A stretch of 64,000 nt of DNA, from positions 52,187,445 through 52,251,444 of the forward strand of contig NC_068996.1 in NCBI RefSeq assembly GCF_001194135.2, in the 5' to 3' direction. The notes below the pieces were generated by a model. That model was given only the letters and a program-made list of their open reading frames with translations, was not told where the DNA came from and did not search any database. Below are positions 1-13,164 of this stretch, one piece after another. A program made the translations under genes and the position numbers. This DNA comes from Octopus bimaculoides. Lineage: Eukaryota. Within the stretch, counting starts at the first letter, position 1, and every line of letters begins with the position of its first letter.

Positions 1-556
1 ACCTGAAAACTGAAGGGTTAAAAGCTAAGAACAGGAAAATGAGTCAATAAATTGAAATTTTAGGATAGGAAAACATGAAAATGCAGTTTGGAGTGGATGG
101 TTGAAATATCTTTGTTATTTTCACCTGACAATGTTGAAGACCCACCTCTAATACACTTTCTATATTTTCTAAATACAATCAACATGGATTTATCTCCCTT
201 ACTTTTATATTTTAAGCACACTGAGAGGATTTTTTTTGTCTATTAATTGCAGCAATAATCCTAGTTAATCAAAACTTTTCAACTCACAGTATTACATGTG
301 TTAAACCCTACTATATCTGTATTTAGTATCGAGAATACTTGCCTAGGGTATTTTCCTTCAGTCATATTATTAATGTTCTAATCAGCACCACTATATTCTC
401 TCCCATTTGCAAATACTGACGATGATGTATACTTTGTTTACAATTTGTGACTCTTGCAGTTACACATCCGATTTTCACTTCATTCACTTGGTGACAATAT
501 AACATTTACACACCATTACACACATGAGAGACCCTACTGTATTTGTTTGTATTCAG

Positions 557-660
557 ATTGATAACTGGTGGCCAAGATGGAAATGTTAAAATATGGAACT
601 ACAATAGTGGACTTTGTTTAAAAGAACTCACCAAGAAGAAAAAGGAAGAACTTATTGATG
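557..660 (+). CDS. WD40-repeat protein (WDR49/WDR95/WDR64/WDY-like family), exon a; gene begins upstream of the window
   Basis: TTCAG acceptor at 552-556. Frame reads LITGGQDGNVKIWNYNSGLCLKELTKKKKEELID, a WD40 motif. Donor G|GTATTT at 661, phase 1. Confidence 0.88.
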
Positions 661-1154
661 GTATTTATATTTGCTTTTTGTTTTTGCAGAAAATCTATTC
701 TGTAATTCTTTCTGTTAAGTCTTTCTGTTATTAGAATGTGTGTGATAACATTGATTCACATTTCTAGCAAATGTGGAAATTGAAATATAAATTGCCAAAT
801 TTTAGCTGTAGAATTGCTGTAGGAAAATATTAATGTTATAGATATCAATTGCTTGAGGTTCATATGTTCTTTTGAGATGTTATTCTTAATGATCTAAGTT
901 CCATTTATTTAATTCCCATATCTCTATAATCCTTCTAAAATCTTACATTAATGTGTAGACTGTGTCTTGCTGATGGGATCGAATAAAATTAAAACATGTT
1001 CAGATTTCTAACTGAAGTACCAAAGGCCAAATTCAGTCCCTACTGCATTTTATAGTTAATTTAAAATATATGTTGTCCCTCTTGCTCTTTATGACCAGAA
1101 TCACTCATTAAGATAATAATTGTTTCATATGACAAATAATCACTTCATATATCT

Positions 1155-1578
1155 CTTTACTCTCTCTTTTACTCTTTTACTTGTTTCTGTCATTTGACTG
1201 TGGCCATGCTGGAGCACCGCCTTTAGTCGAGTATATCGACCCCAGGACTTGTTCTTTGTAAGCCTAGTACTTATTCTATCGGTCTTTTTTGCCGAACCGC
1301 TAAGTTACGGGGGACGTAAACACACCACCATCGGTTGTCAAGCGATGGTTGGGGGAACAAACACAGACACACAAACATATACACACACATACATATACGC
1401 ATATATACACATATGCGACAGGCTTCTTTCAGTTTCCGTCTACCAAATCCACTCACAAAGCTTTGGTCGGCCTGAGGCTATAGTAGAAGACACCTGCCCA
1501 AGATGCCACGCAGTGGGAATGAACGCAGAACCATGTGGTTGGTAAGCAAGTTACTTACCACACAGCCACTCCTGTGCC
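1155..1578 (-). mobile_element. tRNA-derived SINE family A
   Basis: Head GGAGTGGCTGTGTGGTAAG, box-B-like GGTTC, (GTAAAAGA)n tail. Other copies at about 10745-11108 (+), 12020-12410 (+), 12590-12830 (-), 25520-25890 (-), 32490-33060 (-), 46429-46806 (+), 47494-47915 (-). Confidence 0.85.
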
Positions 1579-1899
1579 TATATATATATATATATATNNN
1601 NNNNNNNNNNNNNNNNNNNNNNNNNNNNNNNNNNNNNNNNNNNNNNNNNNNNNNNNNNNNNNNNNNNNNNNNNNNNNNNNNNNNNNNNNNNNATATCTCT
1701 GGTATATAATCAGTCACAAAATTACCATTGGTCTCACTTCTACTATTGCACTTGACAATATTGATGAGTTAACAGGTACACTGGCCAGAGGCACCTAGCC
1801 TTAGTGGTGCAAAAAATTTTTAAAAATAAAAAACCCTTTTCTGAGAGGGAAAAAAAGTATTGCCTGCCATTATAGCTGAAGAGAGGCAGTCGTATCTGC

Positions 1900-2450
1900 A
1901 TATGTTTTTTTCCATTTAGTCTTCAAAAGGAGAACACCTCATTTCCAAAATGAATTTTCCATCGTGAGAGCAGCAACTAAAAATTTCACTTTCTGAGTTC
2001 AAGAAGGCACCTGGACTGTTAAATTTTTTTAAGATTATGCTCCTCTTAGCTAAGCAAAGTTTGCACTTTCTGTTTCCATTCAGATATGGTTCTGATTGTT
2101 CCTGCAGTTTCCAATTAATTTTGCATGGCTTCCCTTTTTTAATCTTCATATATAGTTGGTTAATTATTTAATGTTATGACCATCTTGATCCTAAAAGAGG
2201 ACCTGTGATAATTTATTCTAGCCTTAAAGAGCAACATATTTCTGCGTATGTGTCCCTCCGTTGCTACTGTTGTTGGGCACCACCACCTCTGCTTTGTAGA
2301 ACATGGTCTCAGTGTTGCATTGACCATTCACTGGGCACTCATAGCTAACCCTACTTGAGCATCTTGCCTTTGTGCAAGGCTTTGGGACATTCCCTAGTAT
2401 ATTTTCAACATTAGTTACATAGCTAAACAAAACCCTTAAGTGATACTTTT
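1900..2450 (-). mobile_element. Penelope-like element remnant (GIY-YIG endonuclease region)
   Basis: Decayed C..R...CP.NGQC...YKA.V and INWK...EPYLNGNRKCKLCL...LN..SEIFS.C.H motifs typical of the PLE C-terminus. Confidence 0.75.
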
Positions 2451-2887
2451 GAATAATCTATATCTATGGAGCTGTATGAAATGCTTATCTACTAAACTAA
2501 GGAAGACCCTTCCCATGCAATGGGGAAAACCAGAAGACTTTATGGAAGCACTTTCTTTTGTGGGTGTTAGATCCATAGTGATGGGTCCTTAAACCCACTG
2601 ACCGCAAGAGCCATATTGTGAGGGTTGGGGTGCACTGTGTCAGAAATGTCTTTATTTAAGGATAGGTTCAAAATCCACTTGCTAGCACCCTTTATGAGGT
2701 CTTTAAAATTTTTAGACATTTGAAGAATTTTAAGAAAATGTTTTACTTAAAGAAATACTAAAACTCATTCAGCTTTAGTATTTGAATCACTTCTATGACT
2801 TATTTATTTGTGAAAAATGTTTTCTTTTTAAAAGTGTTCTAACTTTAAATGCCTTTTTCGTTTCCATCTCAAATTAATGGTAAGCAA

Positions 2888-2913
2888 AATTGTTGTTGTT
2901 GTTGTTGTTGTTA

Positions 2914-2973
<60 letters not shown>

Positions 2974-3020
2974 CATTATTATTATTATTATTATTATCAT
3001 TATTATTATTGTTGTTGTTG

Positions 3021-3052
<32 letters not shown>

Positions 3053-3146
3053 GTTGTTATTATTATTATTGTTATTATTATTATTATTATTATTAATTTA
3101 TTTATTATTATTATTATTAATTATTTTTTTTTTTTTTTTTTTTTTT
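2888..3146. repeat. Compound (GTT)n/(ATT)n microsatellite plus poly-T
   Basis: Read directly; ends about 20 nt before exon b. Confidence 0.98.
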
Positions 3147-3165
3147 ATTAACATCATTTTTTCAG

Positions 3166-3223
3166 AATGTGACCCAGCTGAAATTTGTGACCTGATTTAT
3201 ATAGAAATGAATCGTCGAAGCAA
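3166..3223 (+). CDS. WD40 gene exon b (58 nt)
   Basis: TTTTCAG acceptor; (E)CDPAEICDLIYIEMNRRS(K); donor AA|GTAAGT. Phases 1 and 2 fit both neighbouring exons. Confidence 0.85.
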
Positions 3224-3317
3224 GTAAGTTAAGCAGATTGTGATTGAAAAGGAACTAGATGACTTTTGTTATGGAGTTGAACATGAAATATCCAGCCAAA
3301 TCAGATAAATTAATGTA

Positions 3318-3534
3318 CGAGGGAGTGTTGAAAAATTCCTGACTTTAAGGGTGTCATGAAAGACCTTGTTGGAGGCCCAACCTTCCAAGTTCTTTTACAG
3401 GGCTTAGAAATACTGAAGGACCATTGCCATACATGCATGAATCTGAGTGGGGAATATGTTGGATAAAATCATAATTAACTGATCCTCTTGTATTTTCTTT
3501 TACCCAAAGCCAGGAACTTTTTATCACACCCTCA
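3318..3534 (+). mobile_element. mariner-derived MITE
   Basis: TA-flanked TIRs (CGAGGGAGTGTTGAAAAATTCCTGACTTT / AAAGCCAGGAACTTTTTATCACACCCTCA); internal GLEILKDHCHTCMNLSGEYV resembles a mariner C-terminus. Confidence 0.8.
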
Positions 3535-3930
3535 TAGCTTTTTTAACATTAGATAAACAAATGTTTCCTATGTTTCCTTACCTACCACTGCAAGTTCTAC
3601 AAGAATACCATTCTAATATACAAAAGTTGCCCTGTGGACAATTTCTTTTACCTCCTAAACTGCAGCCAATCATTTTGGTTCCTTGTTAAAAGGGTCTCCA
3701 CCAAATTTGTGTAATTTTCCTACTGACCATTCCTTAACCATGATGGCTCCATAAACATGGATGTTCTTCCTTATGAACAAAACATCCATGTTTGCCTGGT
3801 TTGCATCTAATTCTATACTGTTATGTACATATACATACCATGTGCAAAGCACTTCAAACCACTTCAAAAACTGATAAAGCAATCAACCCTGACAGTATTT
3901 CATCCAGATCCAGTTCCTCTCCTCACCCTT

Positions 3931-3982
<52 letters not shown>

Positions 3983-4036
3983 NNNNNNNNNNNNNNNNNN
4001 NNNNNNNNNNNNNNNNNNNNNNNNNNNNNNNNNNNN

Positions 4037-4099
<63 letters not shown>

Positions 4100-4673
4100 A
4101 TTTGAAAACAAACTAAAGAGTGTCCCATTTCCAAGAAGGTGCATTCTATCTCGTTTACACACATACACGCACACACCACTACCATCACCACAACCAGTAT
4201 GGCTTCCACAAAAGCGAAATATACCAGAAATTTACTCTTCTATGTTATGCAATACTGGTCTTTAAGAAAATTGGTCTAGGTTAGTATCTTTTAGGAATCC
4301 CCCAACCATTAGTCTCCAAGAACTTGAATAGAACTTTAACTTTGCCTGTTTTTTTTTTTGTTTCTTACCTGGCTGGAGAGAGAAAGATCAGGAATGAAGA
4401 CAGAAAATACATGATTTCCCAACCTGAGGGAAGTGCAGGAGAGAGAGAGTGGGAGACCACAGGATGGAGACAGTGGTAAAATGCCGGGCATACTCACTAG
4501 GGATAGGGATCAGAGTATAAATAAGATGGTTGAGTTAAGGAAGAGAGAGATATAAATAGTGGCAAATAATGTTTTATTGAAATTAGTTCAGTTGTTTTGA
4601 TTCTTTTGAATTCGATCAGTTTATTAGTTAAATTTTAGTTTAAAATTTTTTCGTATCTAATTCTTTTATGAAG

Positions 4674-4782
4674 ATATGTTGTCTCAGTTGGTTGGGACCA
4701 AAGAATAAATATATATGAAGATAACTTTGATTCTACTGTCCACTTTGTGCATCATCCATCAAAGAACTGGGAAGAAGACCTT
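4674..4782 (+). CDS. WD40 gene exon c
   Basis: AAG acceptor; (K)YVVSVGWDQRINIYEDNFDSTVHFVHHPSKNWEEDL; donor CTT|GTAAGA, phase 0. Not in the ORF track. Confidence 0.88.
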
Positions 4783-5681
4783 GTAAGATATTTATTATAT
4801 TCATATTATCTGCATAATTCTGTTTAATATGACATGGTGATCACTCATTAAATCTTACCTGTTAAATGAATATTATTGTCTTAGATTTTATGCCCATAGA
4901 TACCTGAGAGAGGCAGTATTAATAAACTATAATAAATTAATACTATTAATAATTGTATAAATTCTCTTTTATTTTCTATATATCAATGGATGATAGACTT
5001 CTACTTGTTTAAATTGTATTTTTATTCAATGTAGTTAAACATCACATAGTTTCTGTCAAAAGTTTGTGAAATATAACTTGAAATGAGACAGTATTTCACA
5101 CAGCGGGTGGTAACAATTTTCATTTATAAAACAAGGTTTGATTAAAACATACTATGAAAGATGCATCATACATATTTTCCTCGAATAAATTTCTTGATTT
5201 CCGTGTGTACAAACACAAAAAAGGAAATTACTGCTGAGGTAAAAGTAACAGAAATCAATATATATGACTTGTTGGAATAGAGATATAGCAAATTAATGCC
5301 TCACTCAACTGAAACATGCATTCTATTAAGTCCCATGGAAACAAGAGTAGAATGACTGGTTCTACTCTGTTTAAACTTTTTATGAAGAGAGGGGAAGTAA
5401 ACAGTTTGCTTTGGCTGCATTCCATTCTACCAAAGGAAAAGAGAGAGAGAGAACTTTGTGTTCCACTTTGTATAAGCAGTGTATGATTGAGAACTACTGC
5501 TTCCTCTTTGGTCACACAAATGGGTGAAAAATAGTGAATAACTAAAATTTGGGTGGTATGAGAGTTGCTATATTAGTTGATTTTTAGATTGTTGAGAAAA
5601 CAGCAATCAATTAGCATCAAAACAAAACAAGTGGTTGCAAAAGAGCTGATCTAAGTTGCCGGGTGACTGGAACTTTGTTGG

Positions 5682-5754
5682 AGATCTATACTTTTTTGAA
5701 ACTTCATAGCAGATCTATACTTTTTTGAAACTTCATAGCAGATCTATACTTTTT
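5682..5754. repeat. 29-bp tandem repeat, 2.5 copies
   Basis: AGATCTATACTTTTTTGAAACTTCATAGC twice plus a partial copy. Confidence 0.95.
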
Positions 5755-6003
5755 CACTGAGCCAATTCATCAACAGGTGTGAAATGTATAGTCTTTGAGA
5801 TGATGCCAAGTGTCTGGAAACTTGGCTTCACTTTGTGAAAACAGAATGCTAAGCTATTTGACCAGAAAATAGGTAATTTTTAGCTTATAGAAGCAACAGA
5901 GTGATATGCTAATATCCTTTGAGTTATCATTGGTGAATGTAGTAAGTTAGAAAACAAGTTGAAACTATCATCTTGGATCTATTATTTCATTTGTATGTGT
6001 GTA

Positions 6004-6903
6004 CAGGGTGTTTGGGCTAAATTTCACAATTTTTTAATGTCCCCTTTTTTGTCAAGAAAAGTATGATGTCTGATGACAGCAGCATTGGAGGGAATAAAAA
6101 TTAAAGTGTAACTGAGAAAAAATTTAACTGACATAGAAGACTGGCAGCCATCTGAATATTGGAAAAGGGTTATTTGAATTGTGATGATTTGTACCAGATA
6201 TCAAAATGCCAACAACATGACTGTTATTCAATGCTCTGTGAACACAGAAAGGCTGTAGGATGTGAACTAGACAACTGCAACAGAGACTACAAAGTCATGG
6301 CTAGCAGGAAGAGACACAGCAGGCATTCTAACTGCATCTGCATGGTGGAATTCATTCACACATCATTGAACAGGATCTTGGGCTCAGTTCAGACAGCTAT
6401 GTGAAGCTGCTAGAGACAGTGGTTAAACCCTGGCTGGAGAGGATTGCTGCTGGAAGGCCATATGTGTGGCAGCAGGATTTGGCTCCTTGTCATACTTCCA
6501 GAAAGTGTCAGAAGTGGTTTGAGAGTTTCTACAATTTCACTAGTCCCAGTTTCTAATCTCCTAATTGTCCTGATTGTAATCTGACGGATTACTATGTGTG
6601 GGGCATGATTGAGAAAGACATCAATCATTCTGTCAGCAATACCAAGTTCAAACTGGCGGCCAAGATGAAGGAAGTGTTTGAAGACCTTCCCAAGGATGTA
6701 GTGAGGAACACATCTGTCAGGTTTTGGAACCATCTTGAGTCCATGGTGGAAGCTGAGGGCAGCTATTTAAGTAAACTATTCCCAGCCATAATCTAATTTG
6801 ATATTTTTGAGGGTTTTTAAAAAAAAAAATTTTTTACTTTTGGAAGAGATATTGTGTTTTCTTTTCCTTTTATGCAAACTGTCAAATTTAGCATTGAACG
6901 TTG
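6004..6903 (+). mobile_element. Internally deleted Tc1/mariner element (DD37D-like)
   Basis: TA|CAGGGTG left TIR with a degenerate right TIR and TA. Encodes WQQDLAPCHTS..., P.CPDCN..DYYVWG and a GSY C-terminus, with stops. Confidence 0.8.
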
Positions 6904-6957
6904 TATCGTGTGTACATATATGCCCACCCTGCATTAATTGTTTCAATCTTTCAACAG

Positions 6958-7120
6958 AAAAATGGCCATACTGAAGAGATTCTCTGCGTTGCTCAATCTC
7001 CTTCTCATATGTTAGCCACAGCAAGTTATGATGGGGAAATCATCGTCTGGAAGCTTATGTCTGGTCACATATTTTGTCACCTCAGAGCTCCAATGCCATT
7101 TGAATATCAAAATATTTCAA
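6958..7120 (+). CDS. WD40 gene exon d
   Basis: CAACAG acceptor; KNGHTEEILCVAQSPSHMLATASYDGEIIVWKLMSGHIFCHLRAPMPFEYQNIS, a full GH...W repeat; donor A|GTAAAA, phase 1. Confidence 0.9.
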
Positions 7121-8223
7121 GTAAAACTTATTATCTTTTAGATTTAAATCTGATTTCCATAAATCTTTATTTTGATAAATATATATGTATGTAGACACAT
7201 ATATACATAACTACATATATACATACATACATACATACATATATAAGTACCTACATACATGTATCAATTATATATATATATATATATATAGTGTTTTTCT
7301 TTTTCTCCATTTTTTTCTCATTTTGTTTATCTCAGAAGAAAAGTTGCGTGAGTACGTGAAATGTAAAATATACTTCCCTCTTTTCATTCCTACCCATTTC
7401 CTGAGCTTCAACCTAATACATTTCGTGTTTGTTTTTTTAACCTTATATTTGTGCTATATTTTTTGGTACATATATATCACATGGTCAGCCAGACTATCAG
7501 ATGATGTTATACATCGCTGGTCACAATACACTTTGCATCGTTTTAGCTTTTGAATGATGCCACCCTACTGACTAGGTGAGAAGGCCATCATTCCCAGCTG
7601 ATCGAAAGGGGAGATGAGTGCAACTTGAAAGGAAGTGTTTTGCTCAAGAACACAGCATGCCACCCAGTCTGAAAATCAAACTCATGATCTAGCAATTGCA
7701 AGTGAAACAGCCTAGCCACTAGGTCACATGCCTTCACGCACACAAATTGTAAAAGCACACACACACAGACACACACGTGAGCACACACACATATATATCT
7801 GAAAGTTTGTATAATGCTAAATTATGTGAAAAAAAAGGTATTAATCAGTCTCTCAAACGACAATACAATGATGATTTTATAAAAACATACTTGTAATATT
7901 GTTTGTACCACAACTTACTATTCTCAGTCAAGTGGAACTTCAATTTCTAAAAGCACAAATTTTTGTTCTTTCATGTTTCTGGAAGGACTATTAATATATT
8001 ACCGGTTTTCAGCCAAAATATCACTGACATGCCTCACATTGTTTCTTAATTTATGAGTTCCACCTTTGTTGAAATGTAAGAAAGAAAAAATCTGGAGCTT
8101 AATATATTAAGCTTTCTAATTTAAAATGGATTTCCTCATTCATGTAATTAAATAAGATTTTCTATCTATTTTTTTACTTCTAACTTTTTATCTATTATTT
8201 ATTATTCACCTTTTTATTCACAG

Positions 8224-8375
8224 TTGATGGTGACCTGAGTATAAAGAAACTTTTGTTTCTTGACTACAAACCATCCAATCCATGTAAAGCACAACTGATC
8301 TCTACTGGGCCCTATTCTTGTATACATTTTTGGAATATTTTCAATGATGGCCAGCTTCTGGCACAGTTCTCTGCT
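8224..8375 (+). CDS. WD40 gene exon e
   Basis: TTCACAG acceptor; (I)DGDLSIKKLLFLDYKPSNPCKAQLISTGPYSCIHFWNIFNDGQLLAQFSA; donor GCT|GTAAGT, phase 0. Confidence 0.88.
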
Positions 8376-9833
8376 GTAAGTTTGAAATTCATTATTTACA
8401 TTTCAAATATCAATATTTGGTTATCATGAAACTCTGCTTTTGCAATTTGTTTAATTATCCAGATGAACACATTCCTGTCGGTTATTTATATACATCAAGG
8501 TCTCTAAACATTTAAAGCCATTACTTGGAAGTAGAATGTTAATTATTAAAGAATTTCCCATGAAGCAGTGTACTTTTCCCAAATTCCAAATACAACATTG
8601 ATAGCTTACTACTTTGTAAATTTTTGTCTAAAGACTGTTTCCATAATTAGAATGGAGTTCCTTCACAGTTTTTCTAACATAAAGAGAAAGAACATTCAAC
8701 CCATCATTCAATCCATTTTCAAATTGCTTTCTCTCTTTGCTGATCTGTGTGGTTGTTTCTTTGAATGTTGCACTGTCGTATCATTTTATAAACTTTGGAT
8801 AATTAGGAAATATTTCTAAAAATATTCAAAGAAATAATTGTTGGAAAAAAGCTAACTAGAAATTAATATGCAATGAGGTAAAAAAAAAAAAACTAGTATT
8901 ATCCATGACTTTTTTTTTCATTTTTCAAGTAATTTAAGAGACTGCTCTAGACATGTTGTGGCCTTAAGGAACTTATACTTTGATGAAGAGATGAAAATAA
9001 GACAAAAATGTGTCTGAAGTTGTCTTTCATACTCTATAAATAGAAAACTAATATTAGTCAGTAACTAATATTGTTTTCTTCTTGTTATCACATTCATTTA
9101 TTACTAGTTGGGTTGTAATGTTCCTTGTATTAAATTGTTAGTACCTCCATATTGTTTCCTTTGTGGCTGGCACTTCTGAAATATTTAACCTCAGATTTGT
9201 TTTGTATATAAAAAGAATTTGATTAGTTTCATCATTATTTCCCCAATAAGAAACAGAAAACTTTTGCTTAATTTTTTTAAAACAATTTCTTTTCTATTTC
9301 TCTCTCATTTAGGCAACTTGCTCAGACCAGTGTAACTCTTCAACGCTAAACATCCCAATTGATCAATGAGGCATGAATGTCTGGCTTGGGTATTAATCAT
9401 ATTGGTCTTTTGCTAGGTGAAATCTCTCATCTGTGCATGCCATGACTAGAGATGATAGCCTTAGTTTTCCAATTGCACTGGTTGATCCTGTCTGTTGCCA
9501 GCTTATTGTCTGTTCATCCACTCAGCATCTTGTGATGTTCACCATTGACTCAATAAGACTCATTTGCCAAAATAGTTCATATCCACCATGCTGCATCCCA
9601 TGATTTCAATGTACCCTGACTCAGGTAGTTACATGCTATTTAACCCATGTCTTGGACCCTCACAGGTACTCCAGTACACCATAGACCTAGGAACAATAGT
9701 GGCTAAGAGGTGATTCCACCTTCTTCAAAACTCTGGCACTCTCAAACCAGAGTCACACTATTAGATGCAGTTTCAAGTAATACTCATTTACAATTTTTCT
9801 TTTTTTTCTTTTTTCTTTTGGTATTTTATACAG

Positions 9834-9978
9834 TGTCAGAAAAAGGGAGCTATGGTCACTAGTATGGCATTGAATTCTTCAAATACAGTGTTATATTCCA
9901 CTGATACATTTGGTTTTATCTACGCGTGGGATATTGATAGATATTGTGGAGTAAAAGGAGAAGAATATCCACCACCAA
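9834..9978 (+). CDS. WD40 gene exon f
   Basis: Poly-T tract plus TACAG acceptor; CQKKGAMVTSMALNSSNTVLYSTDTFGFIYAWDIDRYCGVKGEEYPPP; donor A|GTTTGT, phase 1. Confidence 0.87.
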
Positions 9979-10744
9979 GTTTGTATTTGAAACATCTTGT
10001 TAATAAAAACAAATTGTACCATTGATTTTAACTAAGATTTAATTTGGAAAAAAAGTAGAAAAGACAATACTTTGGGCCTAAGTACCAATTTGTAGATGGC
10101 TTCCTCACTTCCTTCCACTAATCTCAGAAGTCTGAAGATATTTTCCTATAAAAAAATTACTTTTGATGGCTGCTACCAAAAACTGGAGTGAATGCTGCTG
10201 CCATTTCTATATTTTCTTCAAAATGGTTACTAGTATTTATGTTATCAAGCTTCAAAAGTTAAATTAATAATAATAGGATTCAACTCAAAATAACTCTTCT
10301 GAAATTTTGGGTAGCAGCTACCAAAATTTGGATCTTCATATCATCTTTAATTATAAGTCAGTTGGTTTCATTTAATAAAAAATGTTTTTTTATGGATTAA
10401 GACATTATTTCTCCTAAACTATATTAATATTTTAACAATATTTCTATAATCAAACATACACTTTTATTTCTAAATAGATATTTTGTTTAAAATTATTGAG
10501 ATTTAAAATTCCTCTACTGATCAGTATAATTTCTACTCTAAAATGTTAAAAAAAGGATACTTAATTGGTACAGTTATTGTTTTTATTCTTATATGATACA
10601 TACATAATAATACAGAGACTTCTAATCATGCACAATGAAATACTAGGAAATATATATCTTGCTGACTTTCCTTTGCTATTGTGAGGTATAGAAAAAAGAA
10701 TGTTTAGTCAAATTTATTATAATTGCTATATAGAATATACATAT

Positions 10745-11108
10745 AGGCACAGGAGTGGCTGTGTGGTAAGTAGCTTGCTTACCAACCACATGGTTCCGGG
10801 TTCAGTCCCACTGTGTGGCACCTTGGGCAAGTGTCTTCTATAATAGCCTCGGGCCAACCAAAGCCTTGTGAGTGGATTTGGTAGACGGAAACTGAAAGAA
10901 GCCTATCGTATATATAGATATATATGTATATATATATATGTGTTTGTGTGTCTGTTTGTCCTCCAACATCACTTAACAACCAATGCTGATGTGTTTACAT
11001 TCCCGTAACTTACCAGTTCAGCAAAAGAGTCTGATAGAATAAGTACTAGGTGATGCTCCAGCATGGCTGCAGTCAAATGACTGAAACAAGTAAAAGTGTA
11101 AAAGAGAA
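10745..11108 (+). mobile_element. SINE family A copy
   Basis: Head-to-tail match with the 1.2 kb and 46.4 kb copies. Confidence 0.85.
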
Positions 11109-12477
11109 TATATATAAATATATTTAAAAAGCACATATGATATGCATCCTAAATGAAACAAAATACAAATTCAAAAATGACCTTACAATAGACCGTACAA
11201 GTGCACCTTGTAAAGTCCATTATGGGGATGTACACAAGGTCATGCTATTAAGAATAACAAGGCGTTTGTTATTTTAAGCAGGAATTGTTTTCAACTCTTC
11301 TCACATTTTTGTGGATTTAAAAGAAAAATGATCTTCAGCTTTTGTTTTGAACATCAAACAGCATTTGACCTTTTCTTTAATTTAAAAATATTTTTGTGAT
11401 TAAAAAAAATCTGTTACATCAGAATCTTTATAAATAGAAACATATTTTAAAATTTTAGTAAATGAAAATAACAACTATTTTAAAATCTTCCACTTAATTT
11501 GATATGTAATTTTGTGGTACATAAAGTGTGTTGATATATTGAAAATATCCATTTATATTTGAATTCTTGTCTGAATGAAAACAACAAGAAAAACATTTTG
11601 TTTTATTGCTACCAATATCAGCTGCACTTTCAGATTAGTTCATATTATTATAAGCAAAGACAGTTAGCCAGTGGTCAATTGAGCCTCCAGTTGGGTGGCT
11701 ATGTGGAGGGACTATTGTAACATCATGAATTATTTAACATAAAATGGAGATTTTTGATGCATACTTATGGAACATAACGAACCCCTAATATGGCTATGCA
11801 CTTGAGTCAGACCAAAATGGGCACTGTTTAGTTCTTAAGCCTTATGTACATATCTAATTCTTAGACTTGAAAAGTCTGGAATAAAAGTGAATTTTATACA
11901 GGAATAAATACCATTATTCTTTATTAAGAAAATTTAAAGATAATTTTTTATAGTTTATTGTTTCATTATACTGTGCCTTGATTCTTTATTTTGGATCTTA
12001 TTCTTATGGAAAAACATTTTGTGTGGTAAGATGCTTGCTTCCCAACCACATGGCCCTGCAGGGATCAGTCCCACTGTCTGGCTAGCTTGAGCAAATAGCT
12101 TCTACTATAGCCTCTGGCTGACCAAAGCCTTGTGAGTGGATTTGGTAGATGGAAACTGAAAGAAAGCTAGTGTATGCATGTGTGTGTATTGTGTCTTTGT
12201 ATCTGTGTTTGTCCCCCACCACTGCTTGACAACCAGTGTTGGTGTGTTTACATCCCCATAACTTAGCCATTCAGCAAATGAGACTGATAGAATATGTACC
12301 TGGCTTAAAATGAAAATAAGTATTTGGTTCGAACTATTTCACTAAAAACTTACAGAGTGATGCCCCAGTATGGCTGCAGTCTAATGAATGAAACAAGTAA
12401 AAGATAAAAGATATACCCAAGGTCAATTCTTTCGTTACCATCTTTGATTTCAAATTGCATGCATTTGTACATGCATG

Positions 12478-12514
<37 letters not shown>

Positions 12515-12898
12515 CAAATCAATTCCCTAATGCAAATGTTTTTTAAACACATGAATCTATAAACTTTTGTAATACCTGAATTACACAATGGTCTGCTAAG
12601 TTACAGTTGTCAAGTGGTGGAAGAGACAAGCATCGACATAAAGACACACTCATAGACATATACATTTATATATATACTCAACTGGCTTCTTTCTTTCTCT
12701 GTCTACCAAATTCATTCTCAAGATTTTGGTCAGCCTAGGGATATAGTAGAAGACACTTGTACAGGATGCCATGCAGTGAGACTGAACCCAGAACCATGCG
12801 GTTAAGAAACAAACTTACCACACAGCAACATCTCTAATTTTCTTTTAATCTTTTACTTATTACATTGTGAATTTTTGTTCTTATTTTATCTTATGTCC

Positions 12899-13068
12899 AT
12901 TGTCTGGAAATGTTTCATCATGCACCTGGGACCTCTTCAACAACTCTTCCATCCTGTGTGTATCCTTCTGCTCTGTTTAGTCCATTTTAAACAGAACAGG
13001 AGGAGACACGTGGGATGGAAGAGTTGCTGAAGAGGTCACAGATGTTTGACGAAACATTTCCTGGCAAT
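12899..13068. repeat. Imperfect palindrome, 81-bp arms, 8-nt loop
   Basis: Manual alignment gives 14 mismatches in 81 positions. Confidence 0.93.
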
Positions 13069-13164
13069 CGTGGTTTTTATTTTTTATTTCATAAATGTTG
13101 ATGCCAAAATAATATGTAATTTTTGTTTGTTTATGATTATCTCATTACTGCTTATTGTATTTAG

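Noticed and set aside
2849-4265. Long ORFs with poly-I, poly-L, poly-Y, SL or ER runs
   Set aside because: They are translations of microsatellites and N runs. The same applies to the ORFs at about 15.0, 18.2, 39.9, 47.6 and 57.6 kb.
4360-4400. Minus-strand CCAG|GTAAGA donor after a (CT)n CAG acceptor (4-nt microexon)
   Set aside because: No supporting neighbouring exons; likely chance within a purine-rich repeat.
10744-10830. tRNA gene-like sequences
   Set aside because: These are SINE heads that continue into SINE bodies; no complete cloverleaf.
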